Assembly: GCA_019057385.1 (NCBI GenBank)
Contig: JAHQJS010000006.1
Span: forward strand, 517,038 to 581,037
Source: Candidatus Borrarchaeum weybense
GTDB taxonomy: Archaea > Asgardarchaeota > Sifarchaeia > Borrarchaeales > Borrarchaeaceae
Direction of reading: 5' to 3'
DNA length: 64,000 nt
A program made the translations under genes and the position numbers. The first letter of the stretch is position 1; each line of letters opens with the position of its first letter. This document shows positions 20,301 to 28,354 of the stretch, piece after piece. The notes beneath the pieces are model-generated. The model made no database searches and was not told where the DNA came from. It worked only from the letters and a program-made list of their open reading frames with translations.

Positions 20301-21455
20301 GTGATGAAACGGACTTACCTATTTCGCTTGTATCCAACCATACAACAGACTACTACATTAATTCAATGGCTCACTACCTGTCGCATGTTATATAATAAGG
20401 GTTTGGCAGAGCGAAGAAATCAATGGGAAACTCATCAATACTCAGTTAACTATTGTGAGCAAGCCACTCAACTAACGGCTGCGAAACAGACTAACCATTT
20501 TTTGAAAGCGATTCACTCGCAAGTACTTCAAGACGTGCTGAGAAGACTGGATAAGACCTTCAAGAACTTCTTCAGGCGTATTAAGAAGGGTGAAAAAGTA
20601 GGATACCCACGCTTCAAAGGGAAAAACAGGTATGACTCCTTTACCTACCCTCAAAGCGGTTTTGTTCTTGAAAAGAAGAAACTTCGTCTCTCGAAAATCG
20701 GGGCTATTAACATCAAACTACACCGCTCGATACCAGCTGAAGGCGTGATCAAGACTTGTACCATTAAGCGAGATGTAGACCACTGGTATGCTTGTTTTTC
20801 GGTAGCACTTCCCGATCCCGAGTCGCAGAGGGAAATCCAGACAGCGATAGGGGTGGATGTCGGGTTGAAGAGTTTACTGACATTAAATAATGGGGGCACC
20901 ATAGCAAACCCCCGCTGGTTCAGAAACTCAGAGAAAAAATTAGCGAACGCACAACGAAGGAAAGATAGGAAAGTTATAGGTTCAAATAACCGTCACAAGC
21001 AGAACAAAAAGGTAGCACAACTACACAGGAAGATACGCCATCAGCGAAAGGATTTTCATCACAAGCTCAGTAGGAAACTGGTCGATAGCTATGACCTGAT
21101 CGTGTATGAAAACTTACAGATTACAAACATGGTAAAGAGCCATCATGTGGCCAAGTCGATTAGTGACGCCGGCTGGGGACAACTCATGTGTTTTACGGAG
21201 TACAAAGCGGAGGAAGCTGGTACTCTAGTAGAATATGTGAGTGCCTATAATACCACACAACTGTGCAGTAGTTGTGGGAAAGTTGTTCCGAAAACACTAG
21301 CAACACGTATCCACAGCTGTCCTTACTGCGGTCTTGATATAGCGAGAGACCATAACTCTGCAATCACAATTTTACACCGATCCCGCTATTATGGAGAATC
21401 ACAATCACAATTATCATCATCATCAGGGCAGGGACTGCCCGTAGAGCCTGTTTGA
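20301..21455 (+). CDS. tnpB: RNA-guided endonuclease TnpB
   Basis: RTYLFRLYPT HTH, GYPRFK, GVDVG (RuvC-I), VYENL (RuvC-II), SISDAGWG, CSSCG..CPYCG zinc finger, RDHNSA (RuvC-III). Confidence 0.96.
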   Translation: MMKRTYLFRLYPTIQQTTTLIQWLTTCRMLYNKGLAERRNQWETHQYSVNYCEQATQLTAAKQTNHFLKAIHSQVLQDVLRRLDKTFKNFFRRIKKGEKVGYPRFKGKNRYDSFTYPQSGFVLEKKKLRLSKIGAINIKLHRSIPAEGVIKTCTIKRDVDHWYACFSVALPDPESQREIQTAIGVDVGLKSLLTLNNGGTIANPRWFRNSEKKLANAQRRKDRKVIGSNNRHKQNKKVAQLHRKIRHQRKDFHHKLSRKLVDSYDLIVYENLQITNMVKSHHVAKSISDAGWGQLMCFTEYKAEEAGTLVEYVSAYNTTQLCSSCGKVVPKTLATRIHSCPYCGLDIARDHNSAITILHRSRYYGESQSQLSSSSGQGLPVEPV

Positions 21456-21516
21456 CATATCCCGTTGGGGAATGAATGATTCAGGAAGCCAGCCTACTTG
21501 TAGGATGGTAGTTCAC
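21420..21516 (+). ncRNA. TnpB right-end RNA (omegaRNA) scaffold; guide from the flank starting at 21517
   Basis: Hairpin GGGCAG-GGA-CTGCCC, then AGCCTG..CAGGAAGCC..TAGTTCAC, overlapping the tnpB 3' end as in known TnpB loci. Confidence 0.7.
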
Positions 21517-21674
21517 TAAGTTACTTATTTTCGCACGCTAATCTTCTATGGCATTATAAGATACTGATTTATTCTTTAACTTCTGTTTTAAAGACGTTTG
21601 AAGCATATGTAATCTAAATAGTCAATTAACTTCTTTCATATTAGATTCGTCGGCATGTCATATAATTGGAATGT

Positions 21675-22178
21675 TTAAAAATATCTTTTAAGCACGAAGC
21701 TAATATTTTCTTTGAAGAATTGTTTAAGTTGTTGTCTTGTTCTCAGCCCATGGGGAAACTCCTCAGTTAATGTGTCAACCAAATCGTCTTGTAACTTCTC
21801 TTTGATTTCTTCTGCTGATTGCATCCCTTTTTTTTCTTTCTTGGATGGTTTTTTCGTTAGTTCTTTCTTTAGTTCTCTATTTTCTTTTTCTACATCTCTC
21901 AGTTTTTTATTTTCGCTTTCAAGTTTCGCAATACGCTTTTTTAAATCCCCATTTTCGTCGCTAACTGTGGCTGATGCTTCAGAAGATCCTCTTCCCCAAA
22001 CAACAGCTATACGGCTGACGGTTTTTGATCCAAATTTATCAGGATTGTCTTTAAGCAATTTTCCAATTATTTTCTTAAGTTCTGGACGTGATTTCGTTTT
22101 TGTCAGTTTTAGCAATTCGGTATACGAGAAGGGTTCACCAGGATGCTCTTGTAAGATTTTTATAAGCAGTTCTTCCAC
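21675..22178 (-). CDS. Hypothetical protein (possible N-terminal winged helix plus coiled coil)
   Basis: 167-aa ORF with an SD-like AGGTG before the GTG start; K/E heptads (LKKRIAKLESENKKL). Confidence 0.6.
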   Translation of the reverse strand: MEELLIKILQEHPGEPFSYTELLKLTKTKSRPELKKIIGKLLKDNPDKFGSKTVSRIAVVWGRGSSEASATVSDENGDLKKRIAKLESENKKLRDVEKENRELKKELTKKPSKKEKKGMQSAEEIKEKLQDDLVDTLTEEFPHGLRTRQQLKQFFKENISFVLKRYF

Positions 22179-22365
22179 ATTTTCACCTTCTAATCTAATT
22201 CAATTTTGTCACTAAGTATTTGTGCTGTACTTTAGAATCTAGTTGTTTTATTTTTTTCTAGATTACACGAATCATGGAAATAATTTCATGGTCCAAATAT
22301 CTAAGTAGAGTCTTTGTGGATATGAATGAAGGAAAAAGAGTTGAGTATTGAAACAGAATCTAATT

Positions 22366-23403
22366 TCATTTGAGTTCGGATACCCAAGAGATGAAATTTT
22401 TCAGTCCTGTATGAAGATCTACCTTTGGAGACCAATTCAATATCGTTTTTGCCTTTGTAACGTTAGGACATCGTCTTTTTGGGTCACCTTCCGGTAATTT
22501 GCTAAATACGAACTCTGAGTCTGAGTTTGTTTGTTCCTTGACTATTTTGGCTAGCTGGAGGACTGTCATTTCCTTATCATTTCCAATGTTGAAAATTTCC
22601 CCAGAAGCACTATCTAAGATTGCAGCACGAAGAATACCTTCAACAGTATCTGTGGCATAACTAAAACTTCTCGTCTGAGCGCCGTCGCCGAAAACAGTAA
22701 TCGGGTCGCCAATTAAGGCTTGGTTAACAAATCGAGGAACAACACGCCCATATACTCCATCCGCACGTATTCTTGGACCGTATGTATTGAAAATACGTAC
22801 GATTCGCGTATTAATTCCATATTGACGTAGATACGCTGCCATAAAAGCCTCACCAGAACGTTTTCCTTCTTCATAACAACTTCTTATTCCGGTGCTAATG
22901 ACGCTTCCTGCGTAAGTCTCTGGTGTCGGCACAAACTGCGGGTCAGGATCTCCATACGTCTCCGAAGTCGAAGTAAACAGAATTTTTGCGTTAGACCGCT
23001 TAGCTAACTCAAGGGTGTTCATTGTCCCTATCGTATTTGTGCTTAAGATGGCAATAGGATATTTCTCAAATTCCATAGGTGCAGCGCGACTAGCAAGGTG
23101 AAGAATTACGTCAAATTGATCCTCAATTTCTAAAACAGATGCATCTACAATATCTTGTCTCATAAATGTGAATTGGTCTTCTTTTTGGTCAATTAAATCT
23201 TGAATATTTTCAAGTCTTCCACTTGAGAGATTATCAACACAAAATACTGTTGCACCCATTTCAATTAGAACATCACAAATGTAACTGCCAAGAAAGCCTG
23301 CGCCTCCTGATATAAGAACGCGAAGTCCTTTATAATCAATAGATGAATCTTTTAGCGAATTAATTATTGTTTTCACGTCTTTCTCTATCTGCACATTGTT
23401 CAC
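22366..23403 (-). CDS. UDP-glucuronate decarboxylase (UXS)-like extended SDR
   Basis: GGAGFLGS, STSETYGDP, RSCYEEGKR (YxxxK), RIFNTYGPR, GDGAQTRSF. Confidence 0.9.
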   Translation of the reverse strand: MNNVQIEKDVKTIINSLKDSSIDYKGLRVLISGGAGFLGSYICDVLIEMGATVFCVDNLSSGRLENIQDLIDQKEDQFTFMRQDIVDASVLEIEDQFDVILHLASRAAPMEFEKYPIAILSTNTIGTMNTLELAKRSNAKILFTSTSETYGDPDPQFVPTPETYAGSVISTGIRSCYEEGKRSGEAFMAAYLRQYGINTRIVRIFNTYGPRIRADGVYGRVVPRFVNQALIGDPITVFGDGAQTRSFSYATDTVEGILRAAILDSASGEIFNIGNDKEMTVLQLAKIVKEQTNSDSEFVFSKLPEGDPKRRCPNVTKAKTILNWSPKVDLHTGLKNFISWVSELK

Positions 23404-23580
23404 CTATAGCTAATTATGATTAGATTGAAACCCCTGTTGATTAAATATAGAGATATCGATACCTGTAAAACTGAGTCTTATGAATTTTGCTGTTTCATAA
23501 TCTCACCAAATAAATAACAGCATTATTCCAACACAATCTTCATTTTTTTTCTTTTTCATTTTTTATACGATTTAAAGTTA

Positions 23581-23940
23581 TCAATCTGTCTTCCAAAGTT
23601 TCTCAAGTTCTTCAATGGCTTTCGCAGCTTGTGTTGTAGCCTTTGAAATTGCTGTTGAAATGAATTCTACTGCCTCTTCCGCTTTACCCACCACAAACGC
23701 TTTTTCAGCACTACTAATTAATTCTGTGATAGCCATGATATAGTCTGTCTTATTCACGTTTGATAAGAGTGTGATTTCACTTATTAACGCCTCTAAAAAC
23801 CAGTTTATTACCTCTTTACCATCAATATTTTTAATTGGAAGACTTTTATACCTTAAAAGAACATTGGATGCAATAATAAGCAGAGATTTGATTCTATCAC
23901 CGATGCTATAGTCAATTATGTTCTCTTTGATTCTGACCAT
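23581..23940 (-). CDS. Hypothetical helical protein
   Basis: 119-aa ORF with an ATG start and protein-like composition. Confidence 0.6.
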   Translation of the reverse strand: MVRIKENIIDYSIGDRIKSLLIIASNVLLRYKSLPIKNIDGKEVINWFLEALISEITLLSNVNKTDYIMAITELISSAEKAFVVGKAEEAVEFISTAISKATTQAAKAIEELEKLWKTD

Positions 23941-24053
23941 GATTTTTCAACTCTTGATTCAATACTTATGTAGATGAGATAGTTGTCGGTTATCTTTATA
24001 TTTCCACTTATGTACAAGAAATAACGAATTCTAGTAGATGGTGATAAACCTCA

Positions 24054-24506
24054 ATGACTAAAGAAGCAGGTGAGATAATCAAAGATATTAAGAAACGCTA
24101 CGATGAGGATAAAGACGATTGGAGCATACTTGGTGGCAAAGACTCAAAAGGACATTATGATACGTTTATAGCACAACCTCCCCGCCTTTGGCAGATAAAA
24201 TCCGAACCTATCAACCCCTTTCAGGCTATTGGTCTAGGTGTCGGCCCTACACGTAATATTGATGAGGAGATTCAACGCGCTGTAATGAAACTAGGCAAAC
24301 CTATTAATTTTCATGCACTTTTCCCGCAACCTAAGGATGACAGCGCTATTTTCGTGAGAGGTATTGAAAGGTTTTCAACTACTGCGACAAATCGGTTGAA
24401 GAAAGAGTATGATAATAAACAAAACAAAGTGGACTCTAAATTAACTAAAGAACTTGAAGAACTGGTTAATAAGAAATACCCTTCCCGTAAGACAATGTAT
24501 CTTTGA
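24054..24506 (+). CDS. Hypothetical protein
   Basis: 150-aa ORF with a GGTGA SD 8 nt upstream of the ATG. Confidence 0.7.
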   Translation: MTKEAGEIIKDIKKRYDEDKDDWSILGGKDSKGHYDTFIAQPPRLWQIKSEPINPFQAIGLGVGPTRNIDEEIQRAVMKLGKPINFHALFPQPKDDSAIFVRGIERFSTTATNRLKKEYDNKQNKVDSKLTKELEELVNKKYPSRKTMYL

Positions 24507-24536
24507 GATACACAGATTTTAAGGTTATTTACTTAC

Positions 24537-24740
24537 AAGTAGCTAAGCAAGAAAGCACCACAGCTTCAGCGTGGTGATGAATTGCGTTAGGTTAATATAG
24601 TTTGTTATCAATAGAGGTTTTAGTACCTACGGGGCGTAGGTATGTTAAGCCTGTGGAGATAAGACCTCCGTAACCCGTCAAGGGGATCGAGTCTGTCGTA
24701 GAAGCAGAAAGCCTCGAGGCTTTAGCACGAGGTAACTCAC
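24537..24740 (+). mobile_element. ORF-less IS200/IS605 derivative (left end, omegaRNA scaffold, right end)
   Basis: Preceded by TTAC. Left end AGTAGCTAAGCAAGAAAGCACCACAGCTTCAGCGTGGTGATGAATTGCG; about 120-nt scaffold ending GAGGTAACTCAC. Near-identical to the inverted copy at 32189-32502. Confidence 0.85.
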
Positions 24741-25366
24741 TGTAATTTCAGTTCATTATCAAAAGCAACAAAAACATCCTTTTGAAGTTCAATTAAATCT
24801 ATGCTTTCAAGGAGTCTTTTTGCCAAACTTTTGAACTCTTTAACTTTTTCATCCACTTCAGGTGATTCTTGCTGATTTGCAAGTTCCAGTAGCGTAGTGA
24901 TACCTAGTTTTTGAAAACGATTATTATATCTTCCTGCCTCAATGAGTCTGAAATCAACTAGTTGTTCTAAAGGTAACGCAACAGGTATTTTAATATCTAG
25001 AAGTTTGCTCGCAGCAACATATGCATGTTTATCCAAGTTATGCCATTCGTCAACTAAAATAGCATAATCACCATTAATTTTTATTGTAGCGAATTTATTG
25101 CGTGCAGCAGGCAGTATAGTCATCTTAAAATGTGAGCACTCACAAGCATAGCGCAAATATAATGTTCCTTTATAATGTTCCTTTGCAACCCATACGAGGT
25201 ACCCTAAACTGGTTTCGCTTTCAATAAGAGCTCTAGAAAGATTTTCTGAGTATTTTGTAACGCTTATCATCCTCCGGGTTGCAATATCTTTCCATCGTTT
25301 ATAGTCAATATAAACTTTAGAATACGGTATCATAACCCAGTTTTTTCTGGGAATTTTCCCATCCAA
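24737..25366 (-). CDS. Hypothetical protein with a SWIM-like Zn motif and a C-terminal HhH-like motif
   Basis: YACECSHF...LDKHAYVAA and RFQKLGITTLLELAN. The stop codon is supplied by the adjacent IS end. Confidence 0.6.
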   Translation of the reverse strand: MDGKIPRKNWVMIPYSKVYIDYKRWKDIATRRMISVTKYSENLSRALIESETSLGYLVWVAKEHYKGTLYLRYACECSHFKMTILPAARNKFATIKINGDYAILVDEWHNLDKHAYVAASKLLDIKIPVALPLEQLVDFRLIEAGRYNNRFQKLGITTLLELANQQESPEVDEKVKEFKSLAKRLLESIDLIELQKDVFVAFDNELKLQ

Positions 25367-25469
25367 CTACGATCCACACGCCCTGCAATTCAGTTTTACC
25401 AGTTCATTCCTTTTCATTAAGGCGCCATTTTGAAAAAATCATAAATTCAAAATTTTTCTATAACTGTTG

Positions 25470-25506
25470 GTTATATATATAACTTATAAACGGACTTTAT
25501 ATACCA
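25470..25506. promoter_or_regulatory. Putative divergent archaeal promoter region (TATA boxes) between the SWIM-like gene and tbp
   Basis: TTATATATATAA and TTTATATA boxes lie in the intergenic space between two divergent genes. Confidence 0.4.
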
Positions 25507-25609
25507 TTACTCCAGCGATCCATACTAAGTTTTTTCTACGGAAACTTAAAATCATGGTGGGGATTCTTAGCAAAAAATCAACAGTTTGTAGACATTTAGT
25601 TAAAAGTGG

Positions 25610-26274
25610 GTGGTTCTTATTACAAAACCAATAATTGAAGTCCAAAATGTAGTTGCTTCTGGCGAATTCGATCAAAAAATTGACCTTCTACATATAGCAG
25701 CATCATTAGACAGAGCGGAGTACAATCCTGAGAGCTTCCCAGGCTTAGTCCTGCGAGTTTCAGACCCCAAGGCGGTCTTTCTGCTTTTTAGCACAGGCAA
25801 ACTCGTCTGCACATTTAGGAGCCATCAGTTCTTAAAGCAGAATGGAGGTAAAAGTAAGGAAGACGTCTATGCGGCAATAGAAACGCTTGTAAAACAACTG
25901 AGAAGTATTGATATTAATGTAAATAGCCCTCCGAAGGTAAAAATCCAGAATATGGTCGCATCTGTTACCCTTGATTTCAGCATAAATTTAGAAACGATAG
26001 CACTGACTCTGGAGAACAGTCTATACCTTAAGAGACATTATTCTTCCTCTTAGGGAGGCAGATGAGCCAGAGCAGTTTCCAGGACTCATTTACAGGATGG
26101 CAGTGCCAAAGGTTGTTATCCTCATTTTTGGATCTGGAAAACTCGTCTGTACATTTAGTAGGTGTATTGCTCCTAAAGCAGAATGGAGCTAAAAGTGAGG
26201 AACAAATACACGAAGCCGTGGATATTCTTGTAAAAGAATTAAAGGAAATCGGAGCAACAGAAGAACCTAAATAG
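25610..26274 (+). CDS. tbp: TATA-box-binding protein with 4 exons (25610-25812, 25843-26024, 26062-26152, 26184-26274), 188 aa after splicing
   Basis: Both TBP repeats are present: [26 protein letters not shown]|GGKS and QNMVAS..ENSLY|[19 protein letters not shown]|GAKS. 665 nt minus 30+37+31 nt gives 567 nt, or 189 codons including TAG. Confidence 0.93.
25813..25842 (+). other. BHB intron 1 of tbp (30 nt, in frame)
   Basis: CTGC-ACA(bulge)-TTTAGGAGC-catca-GTTCTTAAA-GCAG-AAT(bulge). Cutting after the 2nd nt of each bulge gives TGC AC|T GGA (C-T-G). Confidence 0.88.
26025..26061 (+). other. BHB intron 2 of tbp (37 nt, contains an in-frame TAG)
   Basis: GTCT-ATA(bulge)-CCTTAAGAG..CTCTTAGGG-AGGC-AGA(bulge), with exon stems CA/TG and CTCTGG/CCAGAG. 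Splicing gives CTA T|AT GAG CCA (L-Y-E-P). Confidence 0.88.
26153..26183 (+). other. BHB intron 3 of tbp (31 nt, frameshifting)
   Basis: CTGT-ACA(bulge)-TTTAG..CTAAA-GCAG-AAT(bulge). Splicing gives TGT AC|T GGA GCT (C-T-G-A). Confidence 0.88.
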
Positions 26275-26411
26275 GAATTATTTAACACATTATTTCTTTT
26301 TTTTTATTTTCATTGCCTTACATTTTCATATACGCAAAATGGATAGATTAACTCCCCTTATTTCTTGTTTGAATTCAAAACCCTGTATTTTTGCATTTTT
26401 TTAGAGTTTTA

Positions 26412-27266
26412 TTAAGTGCGTTCAATTTTGTTTCCACAGTTAGGGCACCACAAAGAATCGAGAGGGATTTTTATACCGCAATGTGGACAGAACATAGAAC
26501 TCATTGGCTCTTCTAGAGGAATCTTTATTGGCATTTGTGTGTCTTGATTTTCCATCAGTTCATTTATTTGAAATTCTATAAACATTTGCTCCTCTTTGTA
26601 TTGTTCGTACAATTTTGAAAATTCTTCAGCGCCAATAGTTCCTTGATCAAATTTCGATTCCAATTTCTTCAAAATGTCTTCGATAACTTGTTTTCTTTTA
26701 ATTAGACCGTCAACAGATTCAACTTCTTCTTCTTCTTGTACTTTTTCTATGAAGTCTACTGATGTTGTATCTCTTATAAAACAAAATTCTGCAGGTTGCA
26801 AACGTGATATCGCTAATGGGATCTTGCTTTTTTCAAGCTGAACAACAATCATGTCTCCAGGCGACACAGGTATCCCCATCAATTTTCGCTTCAGGATTTG
26901 CTTAAAATCATCTGACCGCAGTGGAAGTGCTGTTAAACGGAATGATATACTCTGGGCAGGTATTGGGCGCACTCGCCTTACTGAAACATACTCTCCTACG
27001 GAAACTCCACAATTCTTTCGAATAAATCTGTCCATACGAATTAAATCTTTAGCTGTTTCTGATAAGAATAAGGGTCGTACAATTGCGGCAGTTACCTTCC
27101 TTCCGTATAGCCCTACAATACCTCCTGAACTTTTAATTCCTAAGATCTTTAAGATATCATCATTGATCCGGACCTTAAACTTTCCAACATCTTGTGGATA
27201 AGCCTCTTTAACTTTGAGCTCAACAGATCTTGCATTTTTTTTATTTCCCATTTGATCTACGCTCAT
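26412..27266 (-). CDS. CDC48/VAT N-domain protein without the ATPase, fused to a steadiness-box-like helical hairpin and a double zinc ribbon
   Basis: LKVKEAYPQDVGK..IRMDRFIRKNCGVSVGEYVSV (CDC48_N); VIEDILKKL..GTI..F.K; CPHCG..CPNCG. Confidence 0.8.
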   Translation of the reverse strand: MSVDQMGNKKNARSVELKVKEAYPQDVGKFKVRINDDILKILGIKSSGGIVGLYGRKVTAAIVRPLFLSETAKDLIRMDRFIRKNCGVSVGEYVSVRRVRPIPAQSISFRLTALPLRSDDFKQILKRKLMGIPVSPGDMIVVQLEKSKIPLAISRLQPAEFCFIRDTTSVDFIEKVQEEEEVESVDGLIKRKQVIEDILKKLESKFDQGTIGAEEFSKLYEQYKEEQMFIEFQINELMENQDTQMPIKIPLEEPMSSMFCPHCGIKIPLDSLWCPNCGNKIERT

Positions 27267-27501
27267 TTTTTTAATTCAAATCTCTAGAATCAGTGAATTG
27301 AGCAACGAATTTCTTTACAATGCTTTTGAATTGTTTATTTTCTCGTTCTGCCAAGAGCTTTAACTTAATTACTGGGCTATGTTTTTTTATTTTAGCATAT
27401 AAAAAATGGAACTAGGGTTTATATTGGTTAAGAATCTTAAAGAGAAACGTACACTCTTGCTTATTGGGATCCATACATCAACAAAAGGAGGAAAAAAATC
27501 T

Positions 27502-28116
27502 ATGATGGATGCCGTTAATGTAAAGGTCTTTGTTAGTGATGAGACTAAATGCCCATTTTGTCCTGATGCTATTAGTTTAGTCAACCTAGACACTAAAAAC
27601 TTATCCAATGAACTCAAGATAAATCTTGAAGTCATCAATCTCGATCAAAATCCTGAACTCACTGAAAAATACAATATATCTGGTGTACCAACGATTCTAA
27701 TTGGAGATAACATCAAGTATGTGGGCTTGCCTGTAGGATTGGAACGGCGTGTTTTCACAAATACTCTAAAACTGGTAGCAGGAGGAGGAAAAGGGACAAG
27801 AGTAACACAAGAACAGAAAACAAAACTAACGGGGATAAAAAACCCAGCTACTGTCAAAGTAATAACGACTTCAAGTTGCCCGTATTGTCCCAAGGTGGTG
27901 TTTATGAGCAACACGCTTGCGGTTGCTTCTGATGGAAAGGTAACCTCAGAAATTGTTAATAGTACGGAACTGCCAGAACTTGCAGCAAAATATCGTGTGA
28001 CTGCAGTACCTACAACAGTTATTAATGAAAAGGTACGATTTCAAGGAGTACCTCAATTAGACGCGTTTATCGAGGAACTTACCCGGAAACCTCCTGTCCT
28101 TAGTTATTACATCTAG
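27502..28116 (+). CDS. Protein disulfide oxidoreductase (two thioredoxin folds)
   Basis: CPFC and CPYC, cis-Pro motifs GVPT and AVPT, AGGAGG SD before the ATG at 27502. Confidence 0.88.
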   Translation: MMDAVNVKVFVSDETKCPFCPDAISLVNLDTKNLSNELKINLEVINLDQNPELTEKYNISGVPTILIGDNIKYVGLPVGLERRVFTNTLKLVAGGGKGTRVTQEQKTKLTGIKNPATVKVITTSSCPYCPKVVFMSNTLAVASDGKVTSEIVNSTELPELAAKYRVTAVPTTVINEKVRFQGVPQLDAFIEELTRKPPVLSYYI

Positions 28117-28129
28117 GTAGGTGAAAAGA

Positions 28130-28309
28130 ATGAGCGAAAAAAAGATTGTTCATGAATTGGAATTGGAAAAGGACATGAAGGTAATAGTAACTGTTTTCAG
28201 AGAAACTGTATGCGTTGAGTTGGTTGATCCTATTAAAGAACTCACCTGTGTCAATTACTTCAAATTGGATGCGGCAAAAAAATTAGGAGAACTTTTAAGT
28301 TCTCTCTGA
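28130..28309 (+). CDS. Small hypothetical protein
   Basis: AGGTGA SD, then MSEKKIVHELEL..; co-oriented with the oxidoreductase. Confidence 0.6.
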   Translation: MSEKKIVHELELEKDMKVIVTVFRETVCVELVDPIKELTCVNYFKLDAAKKLGELLSSL

Positions 28310-28354
28310 ACCTACATTCCCGAATTAAAACTCTAGTGGCTTGGGGTTAAGCGA

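Larger units (their letters stand above)
20150..21516 (+). mobile_element. IS200/IS605-family tnpB-only element (IS1341-like)
   Basis: Left-end hairpin CCCCCAAC-GT-GTTGGGGG followed by ATAAATTGCG, placed after TTTAT (left boundary inferred). Right end GGAAGCC..GGTAGTTCAC ends at 21516. Confidence 0.8.

Noticed and set aside
20146-20337. Divergent ORF as TnpA transposase
   Set aside because: It has no HUH or catalytic Tyr motif and overlaps the left-end hairpin and tnpB start.
25610-26274. tbp as a frameshifted pseudogene or assembly error
   Set aside because: All three disruptions are discrete inserts with canonical BHB geometry whose removal restores conserved motifs exactly. Random decay is very unlikely to do this.
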